From the NCBI GenBank assembly GCA_038087875.1, contig CM075998.1, forward strand, positions 5,396,001-5,460,000: a stretch of 64,000 nt of DNA, written 5' to 3'. This stretch comes from Malacoraja senta (lineage: Eukaryota). The translations under genes were made by a program, and so were the position numbers. Position 1 is the first letter of the stretch, and every line of letters begins with the position of its first letter. Below are positions 1-12,295 of the stretch, in pieces. The notes beneath the pieces are model-generated. The model did no database searches and was not told the DNA's origin. It worked only from the letters and a program-made list of their open reading frames with translations.

Positions 1-165
1 TTCTGAGTGAGCCATTATTCAGCTTACTGTTCTACGTCCCCGCCCCCCCATCTCGCAGTCCCACTAAATCCTGGCTGATGGTTCACGTCCCACAGGCCTC
101 CGATGAGCAGAGCCTCAACTAAGGGGCACCTGAGATGCCACCATACCCACAGTTTATACCTGAAG

Positions 166-472
166 AGGGCTCTGCCCGAGCCGGCTGCCCGCCCCTTTTC
201 CGCGGTTACGTCCGCGCCCGGGTGGTGTTAGAGAGGGACTACGCGCTGTCCACAGGCACCCTGGGGGATTTCCGGGACCGCTGGGCACCGCGGGGGAGGG
301 GGGGGGTGTAATGTATCCTGGACAAGGATGGGGAAATAGTGATTTAATGTTCAATATTTAAGAATATTTGCTTTATTTTGTATAATGGTGGTGGGTTTGT
401 TTGTATTTTTGTACTGTACATATCATTTTTGTAAATAGTTGATTAAAATTATTTTTGGTAAAAATAAGCAAA
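166..472 (+). mobile_element. 5'-truncated Tx1-like LINE 3' end
   Basis: Translates to CPPLFRGYVRARVVLERDYALSTGTLGDFRDRWAP, resembling a Tx1-type ORF2 C-terminus; AT-rich UTR; flanked by 17-bp direct repeat ACAG(T/C)TTATACCTGAAG at 149-165 and 473-489 (TSD). Confidence 0.7.
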
Positions 473-595
473 ACAGCTTATACCTGAAGGACGCCACATG
501 CCTGCATCCAAACATGCGGAAACATACACTAACACGAACGCACGGGTTCAAACAGACGCTCGCACGCATGCACGCACGCATACAAACATGTATAA

Positions 596-903
596 GGGCA
601 GCACGGTAGCGCAGCGGTAGAGTTGCTGCCTCACAGCGCCAGAGGCCCGGGTTCCATCCTGACTACGGGTGCTGTCTGTACAGAGTTTGTATGTTCTCCC
701 TGTGACCTGCGTGGGTTTTCTCCAGGTGCTCCGGTTTCCTCCCACACTCTAAAGACATGCAAGTTTGTAGGTTAATTGGCTTTGGTAAAAATTGTAAATT
801 GTCCCTAGTGTGTGTAGGATAGTGTGAGTGTGCAGGGATCGCTGGTCAGCCCGGACTCGGTGGGCCGAAGGGCCTGTTTCCACACTGTATCTCTAAAACT
901 AAA
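596..903 (+). mobile_element. tRNA-derived V-SINE (HE1-like)
   Basis: A box TAGCGCAGCGG, B box GGTTCCATCC, core GCTCCGGTTTCCTCCCAC, CR1-like tail GGGCCGAAGGGCCTGTTTCC. Confidence 0.85.
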
Positions 904-964
904 TAATAATAACTATAGTAATAATATATTGTATAGTATTATACAACAATATTATAGCCTCTAA

Positions 965-1177
965 ATGCTAGAGTAACACAGCGGGAGTTACTGTCCCACT
1001 GAGTTACTCCAGCACTTTGTGTCTATATTCAGTTTAAACCAGCATCTGCAGTTCCTTGTGTAGGAAAGAACTGCAAATGCTGGTTTAAATCGAAGGTAGA
1101 TACAAAATGCTGGAGTAACTTAGGCAGCATCTCTGGAGTAGAAGGAATGGGTGACGTTTCGAGTCGAGACCCTTCTT
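965..1177. mobile_element. Penelope-like terminal repeat remnants (inverted arrangement)
   Basis: AAACCAGCATCTGCAGTTCC and GAACTGCAAATGCTGGTTT arms; decayed hammerhead complement GGTGACGTTTCGAGTCGAGACCCTTCT. Confidence 0.65.
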
Positions 1178-1616
1178 TTAGTGTTAGTGTGCGGTGTCCG
1201 CTTGTCGGCGCGGACTCGGTGAGCTGAAGGCCCTGGTTCCATGTTGTGTTTCTGTACTAAACTAAACTAATCAATAAATTAATATTACTGGTTTGAAAGG
1301 ATTCAACTGCAACAAATATTGATGTTAAGTAAATATTGCGACAACATTATCAGCCAAATTTCTTCAATATAAGACACTGTGGACATGTACAAATCAATGG
1401 CTGGAGAGGGCATTTGTCCAAACTGGCCTAATGTGCAAAGCCCAGGTGCTAGTCTATCCATGTTCTCCATAGATGCTGCCTGACATGCTGAGTTGCTCCA
1501 GCATTTTGTGTCTTGTTTTTTGTAAACCAGCAACTGCAATTCCTTGTTTCTACATTCTGCGTCTGTTCCTCTTCGGTGACCTGTCAGAGCAGAGACACCC
1601 CTGCAACTCAAAGAAA

Positions 1617-1945
1617 GGGCCGCACGGTGGCGCAGCGGTAGAGTTGCTGCCTTACAGCGCTTGCAGCGCCAGAGACCCGGGTTCAATCCCGACTACGGGT
1701 GCTGTCTGTACCAAATTTGCACGTTCTCCCCGTGACCTGCGTGGGTTTTCTCCGAGATCTTTGGTTTCCTCCCACACTCCAATGACGTGCAGGTTAGTAG
1801 ATCAATTGGCTTGGCGTAAATATAAATTGTCCCCAGTGTGTGTAGGATAGTGCTCGTGTGCGGAGATTGCTGGTCGGCGCAGACTCGGTGGGCCGAAGGG
1901 CCTGTTTCCGCGCTGTATCTCCAAACTAAACTAAACTAAACTAAA
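1617..1945 (+). mobile_element. tRNA-derived V-SINE (HE1-like)
   Basis: Full-length copy with A/B boxes and (CTAAA)n tail. Confidence 0.85.
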
Positions 1946-2156
1946 GTCATCGAACACATTGTTTGTGTTTCAAAAGCCTAGTTTTCTGGGCATCACCATT
2001 TGTTGCTAAATACAACAGTAACAGAAACTGGATGAACAAAATTAAAACCAAAATAACCTGTTTTTCCCTCTCATCCTGGCGTCCACACATCCTTACAATG
2101 TAGAAGACGACTATTCAGTCCATCGATCTATGCTGGCTCTCAGAGCAATCCTATTC

Positions 2157-2386
2157 ATAAGTCCATAAGTCATAGGAGCAGAATTAGGCCATTCGGCCCA
2201 TCTAGTCTACTCCGCCATTCTTGATTGGATGGATTCTTGATTAGTACGGGTGTCAGAGGTTATGGGGGGAAGGCAGGCGAATGGGGTTAGGAGGGAAAGA
2301 TAGATCAGGCATGATTGAATGGTGGAGTAGACATGATGGGCCGAATGGCCTAATTCTTCTCCTGTCACGTATGACCTTATGACCTT
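2157..2386. mobile_element. Two CR1 3' tails fused in inverted orientation
   Basis: AGAATTAGGCCATTCGGCCCATC on the left is the reverse complement of GATGGGCCGAATGGCCTAATTCT on the right. Confidence 0.65.
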
Positions 2387-2529
2387 ATAGTCACAAGCAA
2401 ACCTCAATGGGCCGCGGGGCAAGTAGGGTTTAGACCCAGACTGACTGAACGTGGAGGGCATGGCAGAGTTGAGTCTTGTCTGAAATACTGACCTCTTTTC
2501 AATAGGGGATTGTTGTCATGGGTGCTTTC

Positions 2530-3025
2530 AGTCACAGAGTCATAGAGTCAAAGAGCATGGAAACAGGCCCTTCGGCCCAACTTGCCCACACCAACCAACA
2601 TATCCCAGCTACACTAGGCCCACCTGCCATATCTCTCTGAACCTGTCCTATCCCTGTACCTGTCTAACTGTTTCTCAAATGTTAGGATAGTCCCTGCCTC
2701 ATCTACCCCCTCTGGCAGTTATTTTCCAAACACCCACCGCCCTTTCCCCCCTCACCTAAAACCCATGTCCTCTAGTCCTCGATTCCCCTACTGTGGGCAA
2801 GGGACTCTGTGCGTCTACCCGATCTATTCCTCTCATGATTTTGTACACCTCTATAAGATCTCCCCTCATCCTCCTGCGCTCCATGGAATAGAGACCCAGC
2901 CTACTCAACCTCTCCCTATAGCTCAGACCCTCGAGTCCTAGCAACATCCTCGTAAATCTTCTCTGTACCCTTTCCAGCTTGACAACATCTTTCCTATAAC
3001 ATGGTGCCCAGAACTGAACACAATA
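2530..3025 (-). mobile_element. CR1 LINE 3' fragment
   Basis: ORF 2756-2947 LEGLSYRERLSRLGLYSMERRRMRGDLIEVYKI is the CR1 ORF2 C-terminus; TGACTCTA-type tail. Confidence 0.9.
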
Positions 3026-3297
3026 TCATTTTGATAACTGCCCATGAGAACCTTTGAACCAGTTTGGGTTCAAATGCAGCATGTGTCCAATTATCTGGAG
3101 CAAAAAAAAGATGAATGTACCACCAATAAGGTGGCTGTGTATAGAATAATAAGTAACATGTAACAATAAGTTTAGAAAGGTAACCTATTGATACATAGAT
3201 TCTGCATTAAAAACACAAAAAAAACATTCAAAATGCTTTGTGTATGATGGTGCACCTTCTGAGCAAGTCAAATCAGGCCACTTAGAATGTGGTTACG

Positions 3298-3850
3298 AGG
3301 AACTGCAGATGCTGGTATAAAAAAAAAAGACACAAAGTGCTGGAGTAACTCTGCAGGTGACACAAAGTCTGAAGAAAGGTCCCAACCGGAAACGTCACCT
3401 ATCCATGTTCTCCACAGATGCTGCCTGACCCGCTGAGTTACTCCAGCACTCTGTGAAACGTCACCTATCCATGTTCTCCACAGATGCTGCCTGACCCGCT
3501 GAGTTACTCCAGCACTCTGTGAAACGTCACCTATCCATGTTCTCCACAGATGCTGCCTGACCTGCTGAGTTACTCCAGCACTCTGTGAAACGTCACCTAT
3601 CCATGTTCTCCACAGATGCTGCCTGACCCGCTGAGTTACTCCAGCACTCTGTGAAACGTCACCTATCCATGTTCTCCACAGATGCTGCCTGACCCGCTGA
3701 GTTACTCCAGCACTCTGTGAAACGTCACCTATCCATGTTCTCCACAGATGCTGCCTGACCCGCTGAGTTACTCCAGCACTCTGGGAAACGTCACCTATCC
3801 ATGTTCTCCAGAGATGCTGCCTGACCCGCTGAGTCACTGCAGCATCTGTG
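3298..3850 (+). repeat. 66-bp tandem array (7 units) behind a PLE hammerhead head
   Basis: Inverted arm 3298-3355; CTGAAGA at 3369; units starting GAAACGTCACC at 3389 and every 66 bp to 3785. Confidence 0.9.
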
Positions 3851-4590
3851 TCTGTTTAAGGCCACTGAGAACATTATTTTCGAAATTCTTTGGAAAGACA
3901 AACAATGTGAACTGAAAATTTTGCTCACCACCATAAAAAAGTCAATGAGCTAAGATAAGGGTTGTGAAGTTTTGCATCTGGAGAAACAGAATCGAGGAGG
4001 TGCTGTCAAATGGGATCTCAGTGTGGTTGCGGTTTAATCTCGGTTCTGGATTGCATTATCAAAATGATTTAACAGCCTCTGATGAAGGCCATCGTAAATT
4101 TACCTGGGCTTTACCAGAGGTGAGAGGTGACAGATAGAAGGAGTGATTTGAGAAGCTAGGAGTTGGTTCACTGAAGCAGAGAAAGTTTAAGGGTGACCCG
4201 ATATTGATCGTCAAGATTATGAAGGGTTGTAAGAGTGTAAGTGGTGATAGATTACGCCCATTGGTTAGTGATGCTGTAACAAGAGATTTCGATCACAACT
4301 GCATAATGGAGGAAAGGGAATCTCGCTGAGGTTATTCTGCTTTTGTGTCCTACACGGTGTGTCATTACTGATCTCCAGCTTAGAGCACCGAGCAAGCAGC
4401 AGTTCATCCCTGGCTCCACCAATCATTCTGACGTCAATTAGTGTCAAATTAGAGAGTAGGAATTACAGAGGCATCAAAGGAAATCACACCACGCCAGGAC
4501 CCAAGGCTGCTGCTTAGTTGCACTATTATTGTTTGTTTTGTGTGTACATATGTGTGCGTATGTGCGTATATATATATATATATATATATA

Positions 4591-4907
4591 TTTAGTTTAG
4601 TTTAGAGATACAGCGCGGGAACAGGCCCTTCAGCCCACCGAGTCTGCACTGACCAGCGATCCCCGCACATTAACACTATCCTACACACACTAGGGACAAT
4701 CTACATTTACACCAAGCCAATTAACCCACAAACCTGTACGTCGTTTGGAATGTGGGAGGAAACCGAAGATCTCGGAGAAAACCCACGCGGTCACGGGGAG
4801 AACGTAAAACTCCGTACAGACAGCACCCATAGTCGGGATCGAACCCGGACCTCCAGCGGCAGAAGCGCTGTAAGGCAGCGCTGTAAGGTTGCGTGACCGT
4901 GCCGCCC
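4591..4907 (-). mobile_element. V-SINE (HE1-like)
   Basis: Reverse complement of the SINE at 1617, inserted at a (TA)n run. Confidence 0.85.
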
Positions 4908-5298
4908 TGTGGCTTATATATCTATATTACTAAAAGTAAGATCTTGACCACTTCCTGTTTTACTTTTTCATGATTTTTGAAAAAACGCTGCCACTTACGG
5001 CTGTGATTTTTGGCCATCTTACTCAGAATCTCCCTCCGCTGCGCAGGACAAGAGGATTTTTCCCACCGATGAAGAATAAAAGAGTTATTAATGTTTTAAA
5101 AATGTTGACATTCTCTCTGCTGCCCCTGCTGGTGGGAGGGGGGAGGGACTATAAAACCCGGAAGTGTTGTGCCTCACTCAGTCTCTACAAGATGGAGGAA
5201 GCAAGAGGGTCAAATCTCTCTGAGCTGTGAATAACACTGAACACATGTCTACTCAACTGTGAGTGCCCTTAATGTGGTTTGAAAATGAAAATGTGGTT

Positions 5299-5474
5299 GC
5301 TTTGAAATGCTGCACTGCAAATGGTTGTTGGTGGTGGTAACTGTTTTGAAATGCTGCACTGCAAATGGTTGTTGGTGGTGGTAACTGCTTTAAAATGCTG
5401 CACTGCAAATGGTTGTTGGTGGTGGTAACTGCTTTGAAATGCTGCACTGAAAATGGTTGTGGGTGGTGGTAACT
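5299..5474 (+). repeat. 44-bp minisatellite, 4 copies
   Basis: Unit TTTGAAATGCTGCACTGCAAATGGTTGTTGGTGGTGGTAACTGC. Confidence 0.9.
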
Positions 5475-7330
5475 GGACGACTTCCTGTTTGCACTGTATA
5501 TTGATTTTAGATAAAACGCTACCTACTTACGGCTGTAATTTTTGGTCATCTTACTCAGTCCCCCTCCGCTCATCAGGTGCAGAGGATTCTTCCCATCAAT
5601 GAAAAATAAAAGTGTTATTAGTGTTTAAAAAAATGTTGAGAATCTCTCTCCTGTCAATCACGCCATGAAGGCCGCCTCTTCCGGTGGGAGGGGGGAGGGA
5701 TTATAAAACCCGGAAGTATGGGAGTGACTCAGTCTGTGCAAGATGGGGGAGGGAGAGGTCACGACTCTGTCTGAGCTGTGAATCAACTGAACACACTGAA
5801 TGTCTACTGAACTGTGAGCGTGGTGTTTATGTGGTGTTTTACTTCGGAGTCACGTGAGTGACTACGTGAAGAAGGCCGTCAGCACGCATGCGCGTCATTA
5901 CGTCTAACGCATTGCGCAACGACCGGCTGGCAGGCGCGTCGCTCCTCCAGCGGTAAGTTTCAAACCTGCAGGTAAGTTTTAAACTTATTCCAGGTTCTGT
6001 TTTTTGTCTTGCTGGAAGCTCTTTTACAGAGTTTTTTCCTGCTGGATATATTTCGGGGCGAAGTCCAGACGGGCCGCGGGGAAACCGGTTATGGACCGTG
6101 GGGAGATCCCGGTCACAGACCGCGGAAGCGCAGGTAGCTGGCGGGCGTCGGGTTCGCTACTCAAGTCGCTGACAATGCAGTCAGCGCTCCCAGACCGCTG
6201 TGGTTCCCCAGAAAGGGAGTAAGTCCAAGAATAAGTCGGTTAGGCCTATGGACTCAGACGAGTCAGGCCAGGAGGGTTCCCCTCTGACATACCTGGGTAC
6301 GTCCTCGGACGTTTAACCCAGATGGAGCATGGATAGCGCCCTCGGGCGTTCATCCCACAAATGTGATGCTCCATCCTGATATAGGTCCATAGAAGGGGCC
6401 ATATCAGCGCAGGTATCCTCAGGGGCCTGCGGCAGCACCTGTTTCAGGGCTGCTTACGAATCTCCCTCTCTGTGGAGGGGAGTGCGAGTGGTCAGTGTGT
6501 AACTGACTTCAAATTCGGAAGTATGTCCGTGGAACATACTGGGGCACATGCGTATGTCTTCAAGGGAATCCTCGCAAACGAAGGTGTTGCTGCCGGAAGA
6601 GTTGGTTCCAGCCGTTGGCAGAAAACCCGGAAGGGGCCAGAGTTCCCTCATGCTACAAGCTTTGCTAGCATCAGCTACCTCACGTCACGTCATTACAGGA
6701 ACAGGTGACGGCTGTAAGATACCATGCACCTGTAAATTGTTCCTGAAAGTGCCGGCAGTGAACAGCGCTATCAGGGGTGACATTGGAGGGGGCATGAAAA
6801 CCCAGGAAATGAAACCAGCCGCTGAATCTTCTCTTCAGGTAAGACTTATCCAACAGGTAAGACCTGGACGAGGAAGCAAAAGCTGTCGGACTGATCAAGG
6901 TACCGACGACGAGCAAAGCTTCATTGTTTCGGCGACGACACACCCCACGCCTCCATCGGCAGTAAGCAGTTCACTGAAGCTGGTGGCAGCTTGTAAGCTG
7001 GGCACAGGTCTTTCAGGCCAAGGCCCAAGAAAAATATGGTCTCAGGAAAAATATGGAATCCACGCACCCTACCAGTCCTACTCTCCAATCAAGGAGGGAA
7101 ATAGAACCCGCATCAGGGGCCTTTGGGCTTACCATAAGTCCACCGGTAACCATGGAGGTAGGTGGGTCTGGTTCTTTCCGAAACATGGGGTATGTGGACC
7201 ATTTACAAGTTGGTAATATTTACACTTGTTTTTTGTACAAATGACAATGATAACATGAGATTCAGATCCGTTTATAAACTAAAATGATAACATGTGATTA
7301 GTTTATACTGCACAGTATACAAGGGTTCCA

Positions 7331-7566
7331 AGCAGGCTTGGAATTGTGACCAGAGTTGTCTTTCGAGGCAGGCTCAGTATTATGGCCAGGATTGCCTTTC
7401 GAGACAAGCTCGGAAATAGGGCCAGAGTTGTCTTTCGAGGCAGGCTCAGAATTATGGCCAGAGTTGTCTTTCGAAGCAGGCTCAGTATTATGGCCAGGAT
7501 TGCCTTTCGAGACAGGCTCGGACATCTGGCCAGAGTTGTCATTCGAGGCAGGCTCAGAATTATGGC
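7331..7566 (+). repeat. 36-bp tandem repeat (~6.5 copies) inside DIRS copy 1
   Basis: Unit GGCAGGCTCAGAATTATGGCCAGAGTTGTCTTTCGA. Confidence 0.9.
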
Positions 7567-8820
7567 AGGCGTGGCCTGTTCATTGTGAAAGATGGAGGAT
7601 GTCGGTTCATCCTTGATTTAACTCGCATGTGCTGTATAGACATTTCAGAATAGGAAACTTCGTTACTGTCTAACAACTGATTTACATAGGATCTTTATGG
7701 CATGCATCGATCTCAAAGATACATACTATTCAGTTCCCATTCACAGGGATCACCGGAGATATTTGAAATTTATCTGGATGGGGCAATGATAACAGTTAAA
7801 GCGTTGCAAAATGGGCTAACTTCAGCTCCCAGGTTAATTACCAAATTACTAAAACCGGTGCTTGGACTGCTCAGAGCTCAAAAACACTTGTTATGGCCCA
7901 ACTGGATGATATTCTAAACGCTGTATTTTGCTAAAATTAACTGTTTCAGCCACAAACTATATTTTAGAAATTGGGGTTTCTCATCCATCCAGTTAAATTT
8001 AAGTTGATACCAACTAGAGTTATTGATTATTGGGATTTACCTTTAACTATTTGTCTGTGACTCCTCCCTGGGGCAAGAGATTGGAATTAATAGAAGCCTG
8101 TAACAACCTTGTTGTTATGAAGCAGCCTTCTATTCATCAAGTGTAATTGGCAATATAGTAGCTGTGTTTCAGCTGTGCAAGTTGGGGCTTTGCATTATCA
8201 GAACTTACAACGTGCAAAGGAGTAACCTCTCAAGTACCATGTAGGTCATTGTTAACAGACCTATGCTATTACCAGCTGAAGCTACCAAGGTCACAATGGT
8301 GGACGAACAGTATTCAGCATTGCTCCAGTAATTTTGTCCAGTAAATCTTCAGTTATATTACAAACTGATGCTAGTGCTCAAAGATGGAAAATCATGAATG
8401 CCATCTCTAGTTACGGAGGCGGATGAGTTACCAATTCTTCAGTTATTGGTATCAACTACCTATAGACACTAGGTGCATTCTATGGGTTAAAGGGTTATTG
8501 TGCGGATATGCATAATCTGCATGCTCAACTCCAAGTTGATACACTGTGGTGGTGGCATATGTTAATCACATGGGTGCAATCAAGTCAAAGTATCCGGTGA
8601 TAATTTACCTAACTTCATTTGGCGCTGGTGTATCATCACGTAAAATCAATGACAACACAGAATGAATGTTGGATCACAAACCATGGCTGCATAGGCCAGT
8701 CAGACATTACGAAAACCCTGAAGCGGGATCTTGCTGAATTTATTGCAAGACCTGACTGATGAGGCAAAATGGGGAAAAGACATAACGTTTATTTTATGAG
8801 GAGTTACGATGAGCGATTAT

Positions 8821-11800
8821 AAACATAGAAACATAGAAAATAGGTGCAGGAGTAGGCCATTCGGCCCTTCGAGCCTGCACCACCATTCAATATGATCATG
8901 GCTGATCATCCAACTCAGTATCCTGTACCTGCCTTCTCTCCATACCCCCTGATCCCTTTAGCCACAAGGGCCACATCTAATTCCCTCTTAAATATAGTCA
9001 ATGAACTGGCCTCAACTACCTTCTGTGGCAGAGAATTCCACAGATTCACCACTCTCTGTGTAAAAAATGATTTTCTCATCTTGGTCCTAAAAGACTTCCC
9101 CCTTATCCTTAAACTGTGACCCCTTGTTCTGGACTTCCCCAACATCGGGAATAATCTTCCTGCATCTAGCCTGTCCATCCCCTTGAGAATTTTGTAAGTT
9201 TTTATAAGATCCCCCCTCAATCTTCTAAATTCTAGCGAGTACAAGCCGAGTCTATCCAGTCTTTCTTCATATGAAAGTCCTGCCATCCCAGGAATCAGTC
9301 TGGTGAACCTTCTCTGTACTCCCTCTATGGCAAGAATGTATTTCCTCAGATTAGGAGACCAAAACTGTACGCAATACTCCAGGTGTGGTCTCACCAAGAC
9401 CCTGTACAACTGCAGTAGAACCTCCCTGCTCTTATATTCCAATCATTTTGCTATGAATGCTAACATACCATTCGCTTTCTTCACTGCCTGCTGCACCTGC
9501 ATGCCTACTTTCACTGACTGGTGTACCATGACACCCAGGTCTCATTGCATCTCCCCTTTTCCTAATCGGCCACCATTCAGATAATAGTCTACTTTCCTGT
9601 TTTTGCCACCAAAGTGGATAACCTCACATTTATCCACATTATACTGCATCTGCCATGCATTTGCCCACTCACCCAACCTATCCAAGTCACCTTGCAGCCT
9701 CCTAGCATCCTCCTCACAGCTAACACTGCCCCCCAGCTTCGTGTCATCCGCAAACTTGGAGATGTTGCATTCAATTCCCTCATCCAGTTCATTAATACAT
9801 ATTGTAAATAGCTGGGGTCCCAGCACTGAGCCTTGCGGTACCCCACTGGTCACTGCCTGCCATTCTGAAAAGGACCCGTTTACTCCTACTCTTTGCTTCC
9901 TGTCTGCCAGCCAGTTCTCTATCCACATCAATACTGAACCCCCAATACCGTATGCTTTAAGTTTGCATACTAATCTCTTATGTGGGACCTTGTCGAAAGC
10001 CTTCTGAAAGTCCAGATATAACACATCCACTGGTTCTCCCTTATCCACTCTACTAGTTACATCCTCAAAAAAATTTCATAAATCCATGCTGACTTTGTCC
10101 AATGAATTCACCACTTTCCAAATGTGCTGCTATCCCATCTTTAATAACTGACTCTAGCATTTTCCCCACTACCGATGTTAGACTAACTGGTCTGTAATTC
10201 CCCATTTTCGCTCTCCCTCCCTTTTTAAAAAGTGGGGTTACATTAGCTTCCCTCCAATCCTCAGGAACTACTCCAGAATCTAAAGTGTTTTGAAAAATTA
10301 TCACTAATGCATCCACTATTTCTGGGGCTACTTCCTTAAGTACTCTGGAATGCAACTTATCTGGCCCTGGGAATTTATCGGCCTTTAATCCATTCAATTT
10401 ACCTAACCACTTCCTGGCTAACCTGGATTTCACTCAGTTCCTCCATCTCATTTGACCCCCGGTCCTCTGCTATTTCCCGCAGATTATTTATGTCTTCCTC
10501 AGTGAAGACAGAACCAAAGTAGTTATTCAATTGGTCTGCCATGTCCTTGTTCCCCATGATCATTTTGCCTGTTTCTGACTGCAAGGGACCTACATTTGTT
10601 TTAACTAATCTTTTTCTCCTCACATATCTATAAAAACTTTTGCAGTCAGTTTTTATGTTCCCTGCCAGTTTTCTTTCATAATCTATTTTCCCTTTCCTAA
10701 TTAAGCCCTTTGTCCTCCTCTGGTGGACTCTGAATTTCTCCCAGTTACTGGTAGGCTGCTTTTTCTGGCTAATTTGTATGCTTCATCTTTTGTTTTGATA
10801 CTATCCCTGATTTCCCTTGTTATCCACGGATGCACTACCTTCCTGATTCATTCTTTTGCCAAACTGGGATGAACAATTGTTGTAGTTCATCCATGCAGTC
10901 TTTAAATGCCTTCCATTGCATATCCACCGTCAGCCCTTTAAGAATCAATTGCCAGTCTATCTTGGCCAATTCACATCTCATACCCTCAAAGTTACCTTTC
11001 TTTAAGTTCAGGACCCTTGTTTCTGAATTAACAATGTCACTCTCCATCCTAATGAAGAACTCAACCATATTATGGTCACTCTTGCCCAAGGGGCCACGCA
11101 CAACAAGACTGCAAACTAACCCTTCCTCAGCACCCCTGCCAATTTGATTCACCCAATCTATATGTAGATTGAAGTCACCCATTATAACTGTTTTACCTTT
11201 GTTGCACGCATTTCTAATTTCCTGTTTGATGCCATCCCCAACCCCACTACTACTGTTAGGTGGCCTGTACACAACTCCCACTAGCGTTTTCTGCCCCTTA
11301 GTGTTTCGCAGCTCTACCCATATCGATTCCACATCCTCCAAGCTAATGTCCTTCCTTTCTATTGCGTTAATCTGCTCTCTAACCAGCAATGCTACCCCAC
11401 CTCCTTTTCCTTTCTGTCTATCCCCTGAATATTGAAAATCCTTGGATGTTCAGCTCCCAGCCTTGGTCACCCTGGAGCCATGTCTCCGTGATCCCAACTA
11501 TATCATATTCATTAATAACTATCTGCACATTCAACTCATCCACCTTATTACGAGTGCTCCTTGCATTGAGACACAAAGCCTTCAGGCTTGTTTTTACAAC
11601 ACTCTTACCCCTTATACAATTATGTTGAAAAGTGGCCCTTTTTGATTTTTGCCCTGGATTTGTCTGCCTGCCACTTTTACTTTTCACCTTGCTACCTATT
11701 GCTTCTACCCTCATTTTACACCCCTCTGTCTCTCTGCTCTTGCACCCATCCCCCTGCCACATTAGTTTAAATCCTCCCCGACAGCACTAGCAAGCACTCC

Positions 11801-11829
11801 CCCAAGGACATTGGTTCCATTCCAGCCCA
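8821..11829 (-). mobile_element. CR1 LINE, ~3 kb, 5'-truncated (ORF1 end, AP endonuclease, RT; disrupted)
   Basis: ORFs with LCLNARS, GITETWL, YRPP, MGDFN, SDHN, PGPD, YRPVSLTS, LDFQKAFDKV, GVPQGSVLGP, FADD; (TTCTATGT)n tail; TSD GATTAT at 8815-8820 and 11830-11835. Confidence 0.95.
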
Positions 11830-12084
11830 GATTATGTGCCCTCCGCTCCCAACCCTCTTATCATAAAGATCACTCGGTAGTTCTAGTTCTCTCAAATCTT
11901 ACTATATTCAGTTCAACAACTGTTATCTGTGATTTCACACCGCTGCTTTGAAAGTTGATGCGCATGCGGGCTTACGGCCTTCTTCACGTAATCGCTCATC
12001 GTAACTCCTCATAAAATAAAGATCAAACTTCAAACTGGTAAGTTCTCGTTTAATCTTACTATTTTGTGTGGTTTTATGGTGGTT

Positions 12085-12295
12085 TCACCCTGCTTGAAGT
12101 GGTTGGAAACTGCACTTGAATTTGGTGGCCTTGCACCCTGCATGAAATGGTATGAAACTGCACCTGAATTTAGTGGCCTTGCACCCTGCTTGAAGTGGTA
12201 TGAAACTGCAATTGAATTTGGCGGCCTTGTACCCTGCTTGAAGTGGTAAGAAACTGCACTTGAATTTGGTGGCCTTGCACCCTGTTTGAAATGGA
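12085..12295 (+). repeat. 48-bp minisatellite (~4.5 copies) in Helitron 1
   Basis: Unit TTGCACCCTGCTTGAAGTGGTATGAAACTGCACTTGAATTTGGTGGCC. Confidence 0.9.

Larger units (their letters stand above)
5837..12065 (+). mobile_element. Decayed DIRS1-type retrotransposon, copy 1
   Basis: 5' end TTTTACTTCGGAGTCACGTGAGTGACTACGTGAAG and 3' end CTCGTTTAATCTTACTATTTT match copy 2; RT remnants (SIDLKDTYYSVPI, APRLITKLLKPV) ~7590-8300; RNase H remnants (LQTDAS, VAYVNHMG) ~8350-8630; recombinase region absent. Confidence 0.85.

Noticed and set aside
596..680. tRNA genes at SINE heads
   Set aside because: A/B boxes are present but continue into the SINE core and CR1-like tail; no complete cloverleaf is evident.
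3268..3837. ORFs repeating RQHLWRTWIGDVSQSAGVTQRV (also 18410, 21604, 26354, 28449, 59983)
   Set aside because: By-product of a 66-bp (22-codon) unit with a stop-free frame; start and end contexts differ at each locus.
3389..3850. 66-bp arrays as CRISPR arrays
   Set aside because: Units are contiguous with no variable spacers, there are no cas genes, and the context is eukaryotic.
6548..7216. 222-aa ORF as a host gene
   Set aside because: Lies inside the decayed DIRS gag-like region; the homologous region of copy 2 is not open in the same way.
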